A DNA stretch of 64,000 bases, from assembly GCF_009914755.1 (NCBI RefSeq), contig NC_060926.1; one strand, written 5' to 3'. The first letter of the stretch is position 1. Each line of letters begins with the position of its first letter. The notes beneath the pieces were generated by a model. The model did not search any database. It was given only the letters and a program-made list of their open reading frames with translations, and was not told the DNA's origin. Of the stretch, positions 1 through 18,478 are shown piece by piece. Made by a program: the position numbers and the translations under genes. Source of the stretch: the human T2T-CHM13v2.0 reference genome, Homo sapiens.

Positions 1-3345
<3,345 letters not shown>

Positions 3346-3689
3346 AACTATGAGTAGTAATGAGTAACCTGTAGCTTCTAACTGCTCTAAGGATGACTTT
3401 CAGGGAATTGTTCTCCTGTTTGAAACAACCTACTAATTCCCTAGGGATATTGACTGCCAAGGTTAAAACTCTTCAACAACTTTCCCAAGCCATCACTCAA
3501 TATCTGAACAACTTTGTTGATAGAAGGCTCTTAGACTTTGCAAATAGGTTTATTTTTTGATTGCTGTTACAGAAAGAACTATATTTATCTCCTGATAGAT
3601 TTCTCCTCATTTATCCTTGGAAAAAGGTTAATCCAACTTTAAATAATTGAAAACCGACATTCTGAAAACTTTCCTCAGTGGTCACCCTG

Positions 3690-3990
3690 AGTGTCTTTCC
3701 CTGTCCAAGCTAAATGCCCTCTATTCCATTTGAGAACACTTCGTTCATTCCATATCTTCATCCAGGGTTATCTTCATTCTTCTTGTCCAAGTCAAGCTTT
3801 TTGTTCTAATTCCTGGAGGAAAGTTTCCCTGATGTCCATGTACCACTCTGATTCAGTCACTTACTCACAGAGCATCCAGCTCTCACCGTTTTATAGTATT
3901 TGACAGGTTGCATTATAATTGTCAGATTGTCAAGTCTCAAACTGTGAGGTCCCCAAAAGCAATATCCATATGTTTTCTTTTTTACTTTCC
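3690..3990 (+). mobile_element. L2 3' fragment (degraded)
   Basis: Pyrimidine-rich, L2-like motifs (aagtttccctgatg; aaactgtgaggtccc). Confidence 0.45.
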
Positions 3991-5859
3991 ATGCACAAAT
4001 ACCTCATATGTGTTTCCATTCCTGGTGTTGATGGAATGGACCTTTGGAATGGATACCAAGCCTTAAAAAGCAAACCATCAATAAAAAGCAATCCCTCCAC
4101 AAAAATAACATGCTTTTCTTCCTGGGAATGTCTACCTCCAGGAGACAGCATTTAACAATTAAGATTTTCCTTCACTTCTCCAAATTATGAGTGTCCCTAC
4201 TGGTCAAACTTGGCACTGATTATTAAAGACTGTAACCAAATGATAAGGGCAGCTACACTTCCCAAGCCTACCACTAAATAACAAGTTGAGTCAATGTGAC
4301 ATCTGGACTTAGTTGTACTGAATACTCTGTTGAATATGCCTGGAGAAACCATCACCATTTCCCTCCCCAGTTCCCAGAATGTATACCAATAACCAAAGTG
4401 AAAGCAAATTTATTTAGTTCAGCACTTCTGCTCTGGTGTGTATTTTACAGCTTCTGTATGTCCAGAGTCATGTGTCAAAGAAAATACTGACAACTACTGT
4501 TGGGGTGAAAGTAGTTCTGAATAGGTGTAGGAAAAAGAAATCTCATTCGGTAGTTGGAACTCAAAAATATGAGTCATACCAATTACAGATGTTGGTTTAT
4601 ATTCAAGGATTAAAGCTGGTGAATGTTCATATTCTGAGATTTTTCAGGGACTTAGCAGTTGTGCTTTCATAGAGATTCTCAATTAGCAGGATGTGATAGG
4701 AAGATGGCAGTGTGGGTTCTTAGCATGCCTGGGGGGAAATGTGTCTAGTTATGGGGATTTTTAATCTGTGCTAGTGATTTATCAATATAACCTAACCAAA
4801 TGCTTTATTAATTCAGAAGGTGTCACGGCTTTAATTTATTTTATATCTTTTACTGCTCAGGCCAAATACTTTACTAATCATCACATGTGTTTCAGTGATT
4901 GAGGCATACATTAAAATACTTGACAGGCTGCCCATTAATCTACACATTGCAGCCCACTGTGCACTTTGCTGATGGAATTTCACATTTTATAGAGCCGTCT
5001 TTGAATTTTGATGATTTGGTTCAATATTGCTAGCAGAGAACTTGACTTCTTGGGGGATGTATTGCCTATTAAAAGTGACATGCTAGGGTGATTGGGATGT
5101 GTTTTGATTTAACAATTCAGTTTATAATTGTATACACTCCACTAATCACAAAGCTTTCTCTGGTGAAAGGAACTTCAGCTCCTGTGTGTTTGTGTTGTAA
5201 AAGAGCTTTCTTTCTTCCATTTTTAGATCCCAAAATGATGCAAACATCTTCTTAAAGCCGAAATGAATAATATTTATAGAACATTTGAAACTTTCAGAAT
5301 ATTTTTTTCTTCTTAAAAGTAAAATATCTCTAGTTTTACCAAGCTAAGCTAAAAGTATAAAATAAAAAAGCAGTCTTCCGAGACTGGAAGTCACAGACAA
5401 AGAAAATCACTCAGAATAAAATTCTGAGAATAGGCTCTAGAATATTCTAGGTGCTAGAATTAGACAATCGAAAACATTATTACCAGCTTAACTGTCTTCA
5501 GTATACTCTCAGATAAATTCATGAGCTACATAAGTACCAATGAAACAAACAGCCTTATTTAACCTCTTTAAAATTGTAATGCCTACTAAAATTTTGAATT
5601 TTCCTCAGCCCTTTTATTCTGAAATCCACATAATCTTAATCTTGCATGTGAACCACAGAGAGCCTTCCGTAGTGTACACAAATATTGATTCAATAGATAT
5701 TTCTCAAGCTCCCTACTTTATATTAATCACTGGGTTGGATCCACTGTCCTCAAGGCAGTGGTTCCAAAGCACACATGAGAAGTTGAGAAGCAAACAGTTT
5801 CTCAGAAGTCTGAGTATGAATTCTTCAGTAAATTCAGTGTAGTGGAATAGGCAAACAGT

Positions 5860-6135
5860 GCTTGAGGGAAAGTAGTATGAGCAAAGGATATTGAATGTGT
5901 CAGTTGTAAGCCTGGAGCCTTTTAACTTGTCCTGTAATCTCAGCCCTAGAATCACAGAGCTATGCGGCCCAAACAAAATTTTGAAATCTCTCTATGTCTG
6001 TTTCCTTATCTATTAAGTTACTGAAGTCCAGCTCCGAGACTGTATGACAAGTAAATAAGATCGGTAATATAAATATGGTGTCTGTTATACGTTGGGTACT
6101 TCAAAGTCACTGTGATAATAAATGTGATTGTTATT
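5860..6135 (+). mobile_element. MIR (degraded)
   Basis: Core-like ctctatgtctgtttccttatctattaa and an AT-rich tail. Confidence 0.5.
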
Positions 6136-6845
6136 AATAGTATTGTAAAGAGAGTAAGAGAAAGGAGAGTTTAAAGGACATCTGAATAGCCAGATGAAGC
6201 ATCATGGAAGAGATAGGCCTAATTTGGACTTTGAATGGACAAGGTACTTAGTGAATTAAAGATTATTCTGATCAAATGAAGAGAAAAGCAGACCTGGAGC
6301 CATGAGAGTAAGAGAGTGCATGATGTGTGGGGTGTAGAGAGTGTGTGGGTTCTTGGGAATTGCTGGCCTTTATGAGGGATGTGTTCTCAGAATATGGGCT
6401 ACAGCAATATGTAGAGCATCTAAGTAGAACAGAGTCTCAAATTTAGACTCAGAAAATGCTGGTGTAGTGAGATCAGGTTTCAGGTGAATTACAAATCTTT
6501 TCTTGATAAAAACAGTCAAGATACTGACATTTTTGATGATTGACTTAAAAAGTGAGAAAATTAAAACAAAGTTGTAGAGACTTTGTCATATAACTCTCCC
6601 AAATTACTATTAAATTATATCAGAAAAAGTAAAAATAATGAAATCGATAACAGGTATCTTTGGACAGAGGGATTGGGGGCATGGGCATGAGGGTATGTGG
6701 ACTACTGTATTTTATTATTAACAATTCTGTTTCATTTGAATGTCACACGAATACATTATTTTTATACAAAACTAAACAAATGAACAGATAAATACAGAAA
6801 TTTTTCCCATAGTAGTGTCGTTCTCAGGAATGTATTATTGGATGC

Positions 6846-7222
6846 TGATATGGTTTGGCTGTGTCCCCACCCAAATCTTATCCTGAATTGTGGTTTCTGT
6901 AATCTCCATGTGTCATGGAAGGGAGCTGGTGGGAGGTAATTGAATCATGGGGGCAGTTACCTCCATGCTGTTCTCATGATAACGAGTGAGTTCTCACAAG
7001 ATTTTATGGTTTTATAATGGGCTTTTCCCCCTTTTGCTCCACACTTCTTCTTCTTGCCACCATGTGAAGAAGGACATGTTTGTTTTCCCTTCTGCCATGA
7101 TTGTAAGTTTCCTGAGGCTTCTCCAGACATGCTGAACTGCCAGTCAATTAAACTTCTTTCCTTTATAATTTACCCAGACTCAGATAAGTCTTTAATTAGC
7201 AATGTGATAATGAACTAATACA
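6846..7222 (+). mobile_element. THE1 (THE1C/D-like) MaLR solo LTR
   Basis: Begins tgatatggtttggctgtgtccccacccaaatct, contains gattgtaagtttcctgagg, ends gaactaataca; 377 bp. Confidence 0.93.
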
Positions 7223-8498
7223 GATATGGTTTCTCTGAGGAAGAGTTATAGCCAATTATGAGATGCACTGCATAAGCCTGAATATATCCATGGAAGAGTG
7301 TCTCACTTATGTTTTTCATTCTTTGTGTGTTACATGGGAAAAAAGGCAATCATGATTGTGGTTTATAGCAACAGTCCATACACTCGACATTTATACTGAA
7401 AGCATGAAGAATGCATTTTCTTCAGCAGACAAAGATTTTTCCACCATATCCATGAAAGAGCATTAGGTAAGGATATTCTTGGTAGGAAAATTACCAGACT
7501 TTGTGGTCTTTCTTGCTTCTTAAGGAAAAAAATTACTTGTTACTATTCTGAAATTGTTGAAATCTATTTTCATAATCTTCTATATCACAAAATCTTATAT
7601 GCCTACACACAAATACACACACATACATACACAAACACTCTTTCAAATGGAAAACTAAACTGAAGTCCTTGAAATCATACAGACATCCTTACTCTTATAC
7701 ATTTCAGGTCATGGCTTCACAAAATGAGTATCAATAATATGAGTTCTTCCATATACTAGTGAATCAATAGACCTGTCAAAGAGCTTAAATGATTGCCCAG
7801 ATGTGCAATATATTATACTGTGTGCCACACCTTTGACCAGATAAGGTTTATGATAGGCCACTAAAGAACATTTCCCAGATTAAAATCTAAAACAGCTTAT
7901 TTGGGGGAAAAAAAAACCCTTATACAATAACATAAAAATCCATCTTTCCCCCTTCCCAAATTCTGCTGCCTATGTGATGGTGTCCTACACTTGACTCAGT
8001 CTCAGTCTATCACCTTACAGTAAAATACTTTCTCAAATGCAAACCTTGACAGTCTGCTGCTCAAAGTCTAATTACCCAGGGTTCTTGGTTTCATGAATCT
8101 GGCTAGCTTAAACAACATAATAATTGATGGTAAGTGTTGGATACATTCCTTATCCAATTAATGGAAGAGAATGAATAAAGGTAGGTAGAAAGATAGAAAA
8201 ATGGGTGAAACCCAGAGTTTCTCTGTAGGACAAGAAGCAGGCAATTCCATAACTTATTTTAGGAGGAACAATCTAGCCTATATGTCATCATTGATACCTT
8301 ACTAGCTAGCTGCCACCAATATTGGAGACTGATACAATGTCTATGAATCCCAAATACACCATTATCTTTGGGTCTTTATATTGACAGTCAAAGCTCCAGT
8401 ATGGTGGGTCTGTTTGATCAAACAAAGGGGATATCTCTGCATGCACTGCTTCTATTTCATGGTATGAGCAGTGGTTCCCATCAGTATTATACATAATG

Positions 8499-8864
8499 TG
8501 TACTAGTTCATTTTCACATTGCTATAACAATATTACCTGAGACTGGGTAACTTATAAAGAAAAGAGGTTTAACTGACTCACAGTTATGAGTGGCTGGGAA
8601 GGCCTCAGGAAACTTACAATCTTAGCAGAAGGCAAAGGGGAGGCAAGGCATGTCTTCCATGGTAGCAGGAGAGAGAGAGCACGTACAAGGAAACCTGCCA
8701 GTTTTAAACCATCAGATTTCATGAGAACTCCCTCACTATCACAAGAACAGCACGGGAGAAACCGCCCCCATGATCCAATCACCCCTACCAAGTCCCTCCC
8801 TTGACACATGGGGACTACAATTCTAGATGAGATTTGGGTGGGGTCACAGAGCCAAACCGTATGA
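8499..8864 (-). mobile_element. THE1D/MSTA-like MaLR solo LTR
   Basis: tgtactagttcattttcacattgctat...ggcctcaggaaacttacaat...cacagagccaaaccgtatga is the reverse complement of a THE1/MST LTR. Confidence 0.92.
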
Positions 8865-10384
8865 AAGGGGAAGAAGTCACCATTTACAAGGAGCTAGAGG
8901 ACAGAATGAATGAATGAATGGACTCTCCAATGTCTTTTTTTAACATTCAAATGATTTTAAAGCTTTCCAGTGCTTTTCTCAGAAGCTTAAGCTTCTTTGC
9001 TTAGCCAATAATGTTCCTCCTATCATAGTCATGGCTTATGTCTCTACTCTGTCTTCTGACATATCTTCCAACTTCAAATTCCAGAATCAAATAATAATTT
9101 TGTGATTTAAATCTTAGAACTAGTCTTCTAGGATTTTTTGTAGCACATTTCACCTTTGACTCTGCTGACCACTTCAAAGACTGACATTCTGGAAACCTTT
9201 GCCATAAATAGCTATACTACTTTATTTATCAGAATAAATGCTCTCTAAACACTCTCTCCAGACTATATAACGAAAAGTGGATAATTTTTTCCTTAAATAG
9301 TTTTAACCTTCTAATTACTGCTTAAATTTCATTTCACATTAAAAGGTATCTTAAGTTCACCATTAGACTATAGAATTAACTATTGTATAATAGTGCACTC
9401 CATGAAAATTATTGGGCAGTGAAATATTTTGCAGACTTAAAAATGTCTTTAATATTTTGCTGATCATATCAGTTATTTTTCCTTTTAAGAATGGCAGCTA
9501 AATCTCCATATGTGAAAAATTGGTATATAGTTTAATAAACATGAACCCAGAATTGAATAGAGATTCTTTGCAAAACAGTAAGTAGCAGCAAACTGATCTT
9601 TCCTTCCTGGCAAAAAGTCAAGTAGGGTATATGCATGAAGTGGTCAAAAGAAAAGACTTCATTAGTTTCAGAAAAGACACGAGGGCAAAAATAGACATGT
9701 TGGAAAAAGACTAAGAGTCCATTCTTAATTGACTCTCAGTAAGATTAATTTAAAGAACTTTTACTAGGTAGAATGAGCCATGACTGCCTAGAGTGATATT
9801 TTTAGTTCCAAGGAAGCATTCCAAGTGTGGAGCTGAATGAGCAAAGATATTGAGAATGAGAATCAATTTCCTGATCCTTATTACCATGTTACATTCTCAG
9901 CTATTTTTTTTCCTAACCTCTAGTGAGGGACTTAGAAAAGTTTTTGTGTTTGTAGCCTAGACTTTCTTAGGTTCACTAACAAAAACAAAAACAAACTAAA
10001 ACAAAACAAAAATACCATCTTCTGAAGAGGAGTTAATTGCTTATTTTCCTGTCATCTCAAAATTCTCATTCAATGTCTTTCACTATTTTCTTCTGTTTTA
10101 TACCATAGTTAAAAAATTCTGATCCAACCATGTTTTCTAACAATAGCTTCTCTATCAAATGTATATAGCAATACTGACTTAGTAGAGTTTTGGCAAGATC
10201 AGTTTTAGTCCTCTGTGTAAATCACCTAGCACTCTACCTTGCACATAGTAGGGGCCTATGATACTATCTCCAGTCCCCTACCTTCCACTCTATTCAGATA
10301 ACTTCTTGATTGAAGATAAAAAGTCATATGTTGTCTTCTGTCCCCTGCAGGAATAGAAACAGTATTTTGCCAATGGTAGGAATT

Positions 10385-10505
10385 CAAATCTCTCCCAATC
10401 TCATCATTTTATAAATGAGGAAACAGGCCTAAAGTCATAAGCTGATTGATCTAAAATTACTCAACAAGCCAATGGCAGACCCAAGTCTTGGACACGTGCT
10501 TTTCT
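10385..10505 (-). mobile_element. MIR fragment
   Basis: cattttataaatgaggaaacaggcc is the antisense MIR core. Confidence 0.6.
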
Positions 10506-13054
10506 GGCAACTAAATAATTGTTTATAATTAATAAAATAATTTATTAAAAACCATTAATGCATGCTATGAGAACATTTCTTCTCCTTGTTGTCTTAGTAA
10601 TATTCTTATAAGCAGAGTAGTAGTTCATCTCCTTATCTTGAATTTTTGTTACCTTAGGAATATTCATGGGTCCTGGCAAGTGGTGAAGACTTTTTTTCTG
10701 CCTTCACTAGCTGACTAGTTTGAATGGTTATTTCTGTGACTCACACCCAGGCTACTATGATGTATCAGAAATAAGGAGTAATTGCCGGTACTTACTAGGA
10801 AAGTACAATAGTATCCTGTTCAAGTGGCGTTGCACAAATAAATATCAGTGTTTCTCTTAATACTTTTCATTGAATAACCAGTAAGCTAAGTATACATAAT
10901 TACTTCTACCGCTGTGGACGAGATAATTTAAACATCTTTGAGTTTTAATCTCTTCAGTTGAACCTGAAAAACAGACTTAATTATAATTTCATCTAATGGT
11001 TAAGAAGAAAAAAATTAAAAGTGTGTTGTAATATACCCTATTACATAGTATAGAGCATTGTACAAACTCAGTTAATGACCTGATCATTTTCCTTCCCACA
11101 TAAGCCCCATATAAGCATCATTTGGCTGCAGAGATTCCTTGTAACTATACAAAAGATGGAAGAGTTAAGGGCTGAATCAGAAAATAATTTCAACTTGAGA
11201 ATTTATTTCCTAAATATCATCAAATTGAAATAAGTAATTTTTCTGTTGTAGGTATTATCTGTAGTATATTCACACACCTGATATAAAATAACTTCCCTAG
11301 GGTACATGTCTTCCTCTTTTCACTATTCAAGCACAGGATTAAATTCAAGATACATGTACAATAAATGTTCTCAGATGAAATTTTACCTTTGATTTTTTTG
11401 GTATCCAATATCAAAAGGAAAACAATGTCTCATAACAAATTTTAGAATGTTGAATTAATTTTATAAAGTAAGAAATATAATATTGATTTAAATAATAAAT
11501 AAATAAAAGATGTATAGAGACAATCACACCTTTGAGATTTTTTTTTTTTAAGTAGGAAATCTCTGAAGTCTAGGCTGGTTTTTGTCAGCTCTACAGAGGA
11601 GTCTCTAGAGCTAGCTTTAAAGGATGGATAGACAAATCACAGAGCACTGATCCGTGCAATAGCCCAACACTGGCATGCTTATGTATCAAAGAATTTCATC
11701 TGCCAAAATAAAATGACAAACACACATCAATGTCTGCTTTATGAATTAACTTGTTCTATCACTGCACCTTAATTTTAACTGTGTCACAGATCTGTTTATA
11801 GATGTCCTGGACTGTAGTGGGACTTGATGTGGTCTGTCACAGGTTTGGCTGATAGGAGGATGGCAATGAGATGGTTATGATATATTACATTCTTTAGAGT
11901 CTATGGTTACTCCTGAGGGACCAGGAGGTGAACAGGGTCACCTTTCACAACTGAAAGTGAAAGTACAGCTACTCAATTTCTGTATTTCTCAAAAGTTCCC
12001 TGATTTAATTTAAAAAGTGACCTTGTTAATCTATATATTTTTTTCACTACTCAGTCCTATTTCACTCTGCCACATATGTAGTAGACAAATAAAATGATTT
12101 TTATTGTAACTTTATATTGAAAATTGTGGGAAAAAATGCTTAAATACCTTACAAGAATGGAGCTACTAAGCAAAATGATGGCATGCCTACTCAAAGGTAT
12201 GTTATAATCCACTGGGAAAAGATATGGCTGAAGACCATCCAAGGCCATGGAAAATGCAATGTAAATAAAAAAGAGTAGCCTTCGTTTATACTAGGCAATT
12301 TCAGTTAATTGTATAACTATGCAAAAAAAATTAGAGAAGTATATTCAAATTGGTAATAGTGATTGACATTTTTAAAATATATTTTCTTCTTTATGCACAC
12401 TTTTAAGTATTTTGCAAGTATGTGAATATGCATTTACTAAATTATAATTCAGAAATAATTATTTTCTTCCAACTATGTGGAAAACATAGTTCTGACTTTC
12501 TAAGAAAATTTCCAACTCATTTTGATTATAACTTACTCCACCCTATTTTTGACTTCTTACATTCTACTTTTACTTTTGAATACTGCTTTTGTTTTTATTT
12601 ATATTTTGGTTGCACTTCTGTTTTATTTTGTCTAGGGTATATAGTGAATAAACACTGACTTTCACAAGTCACCAAATAGCTCTTAAAGTACATTTGTTTA
12701 AGTTGCTCCTAGACATAATTAGATGTAAAACATAGTTTTACTTATGAACTAGATATGAATATTTCAATTTAGCTCTGCCAAACAACTGTTTGTTCTACCA
12801 AATTTCCTCTCAAAGACCAATGGTATAAGAATTGAGAACTTGATGTATTTCCTCCCAGCTCTTTTTTTTTCTCTCTTTCATTTTTACAATGCCCGCCAAG
12901 CCCTGCTCATTGTATTTCTGAAGCATATATTAGAGGTGGTTGACATTTATGTAGTTTCAATGTTTCATCCTCAAAACTCCAGGTATTAAAATAAACAGAT
13001 GAATTCATCTCAGTCTTATTTGTTTTTAAAGGCAAAAAAATGCAAGAATCAACA

Positions 13055-13230
13055 ATAATAATACTAATAACGGTCATGACAACAACAAACATTTGAGCAA
13101 TCTTTCTATGCCAGGCATTATTCCAAGTACTTTGTGTGTATTATCTCATTTATTAATATTATTATTCTCCCTACTTTCAGAGGAAGCAACTGAGACACAG
13201 AGTATAATTTAGATTCAAGGATTCAACATT
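13055..13230 (-). mobile_element. MIR fragment
   Basis: ctatgccaggcattattccaagtactttgtgtgtattatctcattt...gcaactgagacacagag. Confidence 0.7.
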
Positions 13231-13761
13231 TAGACTCCACACACACAAAAAGAAAGAAAAGAAAGAGAAAAGAAAAGAAGTCACTTTCACATTACCTTGC
13301 AAGCAGAGCATTATTTGCAAACTGTGCTTTTGTTTATCTCGAATTCACACAAAAAGCAAAATCAGCTAAAATTTATGCTACCTAAAACTAAAATTTTGTG
13401 CAAATTTAAAAATGAAAAAGCAGAACAAAGCCACTTCAATGGGCTCAATGTGGAAGAAGCTGTTTGCTTTTAGCCTAACATCTTCAAAAGGGCACAGCCA
13501 TTTTCCATACATTGGAAATAAAGAAATTTACCTCTGCTCTAACACATTGTATCACATGGTTTGCCTCTTCGTATGGTTTTTGAAATTAAAAATTTTGCCC
13601 TAAAGCTGTCTCTAGTGAGAACCTGACTCAACAAAGCCATGGAGAAGGAACACGTGGATTGTGTGTGAAGCGAAATGCACTTTGTTAAGGGCTTTGTTTC
13701 AGATTTCCGAAATGGGTAGTTCCCTGTAAAGTGATGAAGTGAGAATCGCTGCGAAATCATG

Positions 13762-14040
13762 GCACTTTGGCAGGCGGAAGTGGGCGGATCACGAGGTCAG
13801 GAGATCGAGACCATCCTGGCTAACACGGTGAAACCCCGTCTCTACTAAAAATACAAAAAATTAGCCAGGCGAGGTGGCGGGCGCCTGTAGTCCCAGCTAC
13901 GTGGGAGGCTGAGGCAGGAGAATGGCGTGAACCCCGGGGAACAGAGTCTGCAGTGAGCCGAGATCCCGCCACTGCCCTCCAGCCTGGGCGACAGCGAGAC
14001 TCCGTCTCAAAAAAAAAAAAAAAAAAAAAACCAAAAACAA
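13762..14040 (+). mobile_element. AluY-family element, 5'-truncated (AluYe-like variants)
   Basis: Starts at gcactttgg; AluY diagnostics gagatcgagaccatcctggctaacacgg and gaatggcgtgaacc; variants gcgaggtggcgg and gacagcgagact; CpG-rich; long poly-A. Confidence 0.93.
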
Positions 14041-15673
14041 ATCCAGGTCCAGCCAAGGCAGTAAAATTGCAGTGTTACCACAGCTCGTTGTGTGGAGCCA
14101 GGCCCATTAATCAAGTTAATGATTATGTATTTGGGAAAGGGATGTTTTCATTCCCAAGCTGATGAGATCTTCAACATGTTGTCTTCAGAATATAAGTGAA
14201 AAGTAAAATAAGAATTTTCAACAGTGAATGTGATTAAACAACCTTACCACCAACTTTTAATGAGAAATACAAGGACTATTTGATTGTGGAGTGCAGAATG
14301 TGCTTCTTATGCGATAGCAATAGCCCAAAGATTGTCCCTTGAACTATTTTCCCTGAGGTATGAAAATCTGGGTCAGGATGTACAGCATGCAGCCCTTTTC
14401 TTGAGTTAGGGAATGTGATAGTGAACCTTCTCTGTCTTCAAGTGCCCCTCCATCTTATCACTCCTTTTTTTTTTTTCCCCCCAGTACTCCAAGACCAGGC
14501 ATCTCATCTTGTTATCTCCAGAAAGTGACCCATTATCACCCACACAATAGTTGGGTGGTGCCACTAAGACAAAAAAAAAAAAATTCTTGCTCATCTTTGT
14601 AACTGTAACATAGAGAGCAATTCTGGGAGTTGGTAAGCTGCATGATGAAATGAAGTGAACCCTTTTTAACCTTCCCAGGCAGTTATGCTCACTCCAAAAC
14701 CATTCCTTTTTCTTCTCCATCAAAATTCCCACATCAGTCCCCTCAGCTTGAAAGGCTCATAGAGGCCACTGGTTCTTCCTTAAGTTTTGCAAGAGGACAG
14801 TACATCTAAGGGAGGTACAGAGATTTATGAAGGACCATACAGGTGTCCCAGCTCCTAGTCCACTGCTTTCTTTTTCCACAAGGGGTGGTGGCTTATTATG
14901 CCACTCCCTAAAGGAACAGTGTTAGAAAAGGAGACGCTTGGTATTAAAAAATAAAGAAAAAAGAACATTTTAAAAAATTACCCCAAGGGAATACAAAAGT
15001 GGGATTTTAAGTACTTGGGTTTGTGGTTGAGAGAAATAATGTGGCTAAAGGCCATGGGCAGAATTATTGCTATAAGACCAGGAGGAGAGCATCTACTCAA
15101 TCACCGTCAATGTCTATCCCAGGTCCTGGACACAGAGTTCTTTCAGTAATGACACAGCTCCACCCCAGACTGATGCAGAGCTGGATCTGTCTTGCTGTAT
15201 CTGATTCCTCTTTTCTCAGTTTCTCCTCACACTTCCATAATCAGGCTTGGCCCAACATTTCACTAACATTCATTAGATGAAAGTTATCAAGGATTTTTAC
15301 ATAGATAATTGTAATTGTCACTCCTCAGATTTCACCTTCCTGGGTCTATCTGTTGCCTCCAACAAGTGGATCATTCTCTACTCTTTGAAACGCTGTATTT
15401 ACTTGACCTCCAGGACATATTTCCCTGCTTTTCCTATTAATCCATTGACTACTCCTTCCAAGCAGACTTTGCTGCTTCTTTCTCTTTGTTCTGCTCTCTA
15501 AGGGTTGGGGTATCCTGGGACTCAGTCACTTCTCATTCACTGTGGGCAATCACACTTATAAACCACTGTCACAATGTCAGAGGGCTGTCTGCATGCAGCT
15601 GTCTTCAACCCAGACCTCTCTGTGGGATTTGGAACATTTATATCAAAGCTTCCCAGTCAGCATTTCACCATGA

Positions 15674-15979
<306 letters not shown>

Positions 15980-16179
15980 TGTTGTAGACATCTTAAAACG
16001 AACATGTCTGAAACAGAATTGCTGGATTTTCCTTCAAATAAACTCTGCCTATAGTGTTTTGCCACTTAGCAATGGTCAAATCCATTGCTGCAGATACTCA
16101 GGCTAAAGACTTTAGTTACTATAGATTCCTCTTTCTATTGTGTTCCACATCTCATTTCTCAGGAATCCTGTTGGCTCCT

Positions 16180-17038
<859 letters not shown>

Positions 17039-17243
17039 TCCTTCCTTCAGAATATATTCAGAGCTGACCAATTCATATTACATCTGCTGCTACTGTCCTA
17101 GAACAAACCACCATAACCTCTCTACTGGGTTATCACCACAGTCTTCTGAAATCACCCACTAAATAGCTGCAGGTCTTCCTGCTTCCACCATTTCCTCATG
17201 TGATCTAGTCCTTCCATAACGGAGAATCTATTTTAAAACATAA

Positions 17244-17385
17244 GGCTGGACATGGTGGCTCATGCCTGTAATCCTAGCACCTTGGAAGGCCAAGATGAGA
17301 AAACGACTTGAAGCCAGGAGTTCAAGACCACCCTGGGCAACATAGTGAGAACCCATCTCTACAATAATATTATTTAAAGTAAAAC
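17244..17385 (+). mobile_element. FLAM / Alu left monomer
   Basis: ggctggacatggtggctcatgcctgtaatcc...ctgggcaacatagtgaga; single monomer. Confidence 0.9.
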
Positions 17386-18067
17386 TAATAGGGAATATTA
17401 TGTTATTTTTCTGGTTAAAACCTACCAAGAGTGCCCAAAAATACTCATAAAAGCCAGTTTCCCTGATAACCTCTGGGCTCCTAGTCAGCTTCCTTGGCCA
17501 CACTCTCCCTCTCTCTCAGCCACTCACACTGAATCTTTCTAGGCTTTGCTGTAAGTGGGTTTATACTGAGCTTGCTTTGCTTCAGGGCATTTGAGTTTGC
17601 TGCTCCTCAACAGAATGATCTTCCCCCAGGTAATAGGGCTCAGGTTCATTCCCTCATCTCTTTCAAATCTTTGCATAACTTCACTTTCTCAGCAAAACTG
17701 GCCCTAATTACTTGTTAGAAATGAAGTCTCTTCCCATACATCACCATTCTCTTCCCCAATTTTCTGCTTTATTTTTGTCACTATAAAGCCATCATCACTC
17801 TGACATATTATATATTTTATTTATTTGTCCTCCTTTGCAACATAAATTCCATGAGGGTGGCTATTTTCTTTTTTTTTTTCTTTATTTTATCATCTGCCAT
17901 ATCTCCAGTGACAAACATTACTATACATTCAGTAAATGATTGAATGGATAAATGAGGAGATGAAAAAGGATGAAAAGATGCAGTAATGCATTAGAAATGA
18001 GGCAGTGGTGAAGTATTCTGCCTTCTGGAACTTACTAGAAGTGAGGTCAGAGGCACATAAGTGAAGC

Positions 18068-18437
18068 TGTCTCACAAAGTGTCCATGCTGTTTACCCTGC
18101 AGGTCTGACAGCCAGGTTATGACAGAATTGCACTTTTCTGCCCCTTTATAGTTAGGTGCGGCCATGGGACTCCTCTGGCCCAGGCGAAGTGCATAACAGT
18201 GACACCTGTCCTTTTCAGGCAGAGCTTTAGGAGCCTATTTAAGAACATATTGCCATGTTCTTTTTTTCTTGCCTCAGTAATCACAGGAGCACAGGGATGA
18301 GTCTCCATTATCTGGAGGGACCATAGTCCTTCCTGCTCACCTGAGACGGACCTATAATATGCACCTGAAACAGGCCCTCATGGACTTAAAATACTGATTT
18401 GTGTGATTGTCTGTAACTCAGTCTAACCTGGACTGTA
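18068..18437 (+). mobile_element. MLT1 (MLT1I/J-like) LTR
   Basis: gaattgcacttttctgcccctttatagttaggtgcggccatgggac...cagagctttaggagcc. Confidence 0.7.
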
Positions 18438-18478
18438 TTCTCAGGAACTAGCATCATACCTGCCACATAGTAGGTGTC

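Noticed and set aside
5410-5460. Short hairpins ctcagaat-aaa-attctgag and ctagaatattctag
   Set aside because: Arms of 7-8 bp are expected by chance in 64 kb of AT-rich DNA.
8240-8495. Possible coding exon on the minus strand (ORF 8306-8494)
   Set aside because: No protein family recognised and no convincing splice sites; cannot be supported.
13820-14162. Alu-derived ORFs (also 27126-27374, 33495-34241, 43306-43497, 56747-57020)
   Set aside because: Typical Alu translation artefacts.
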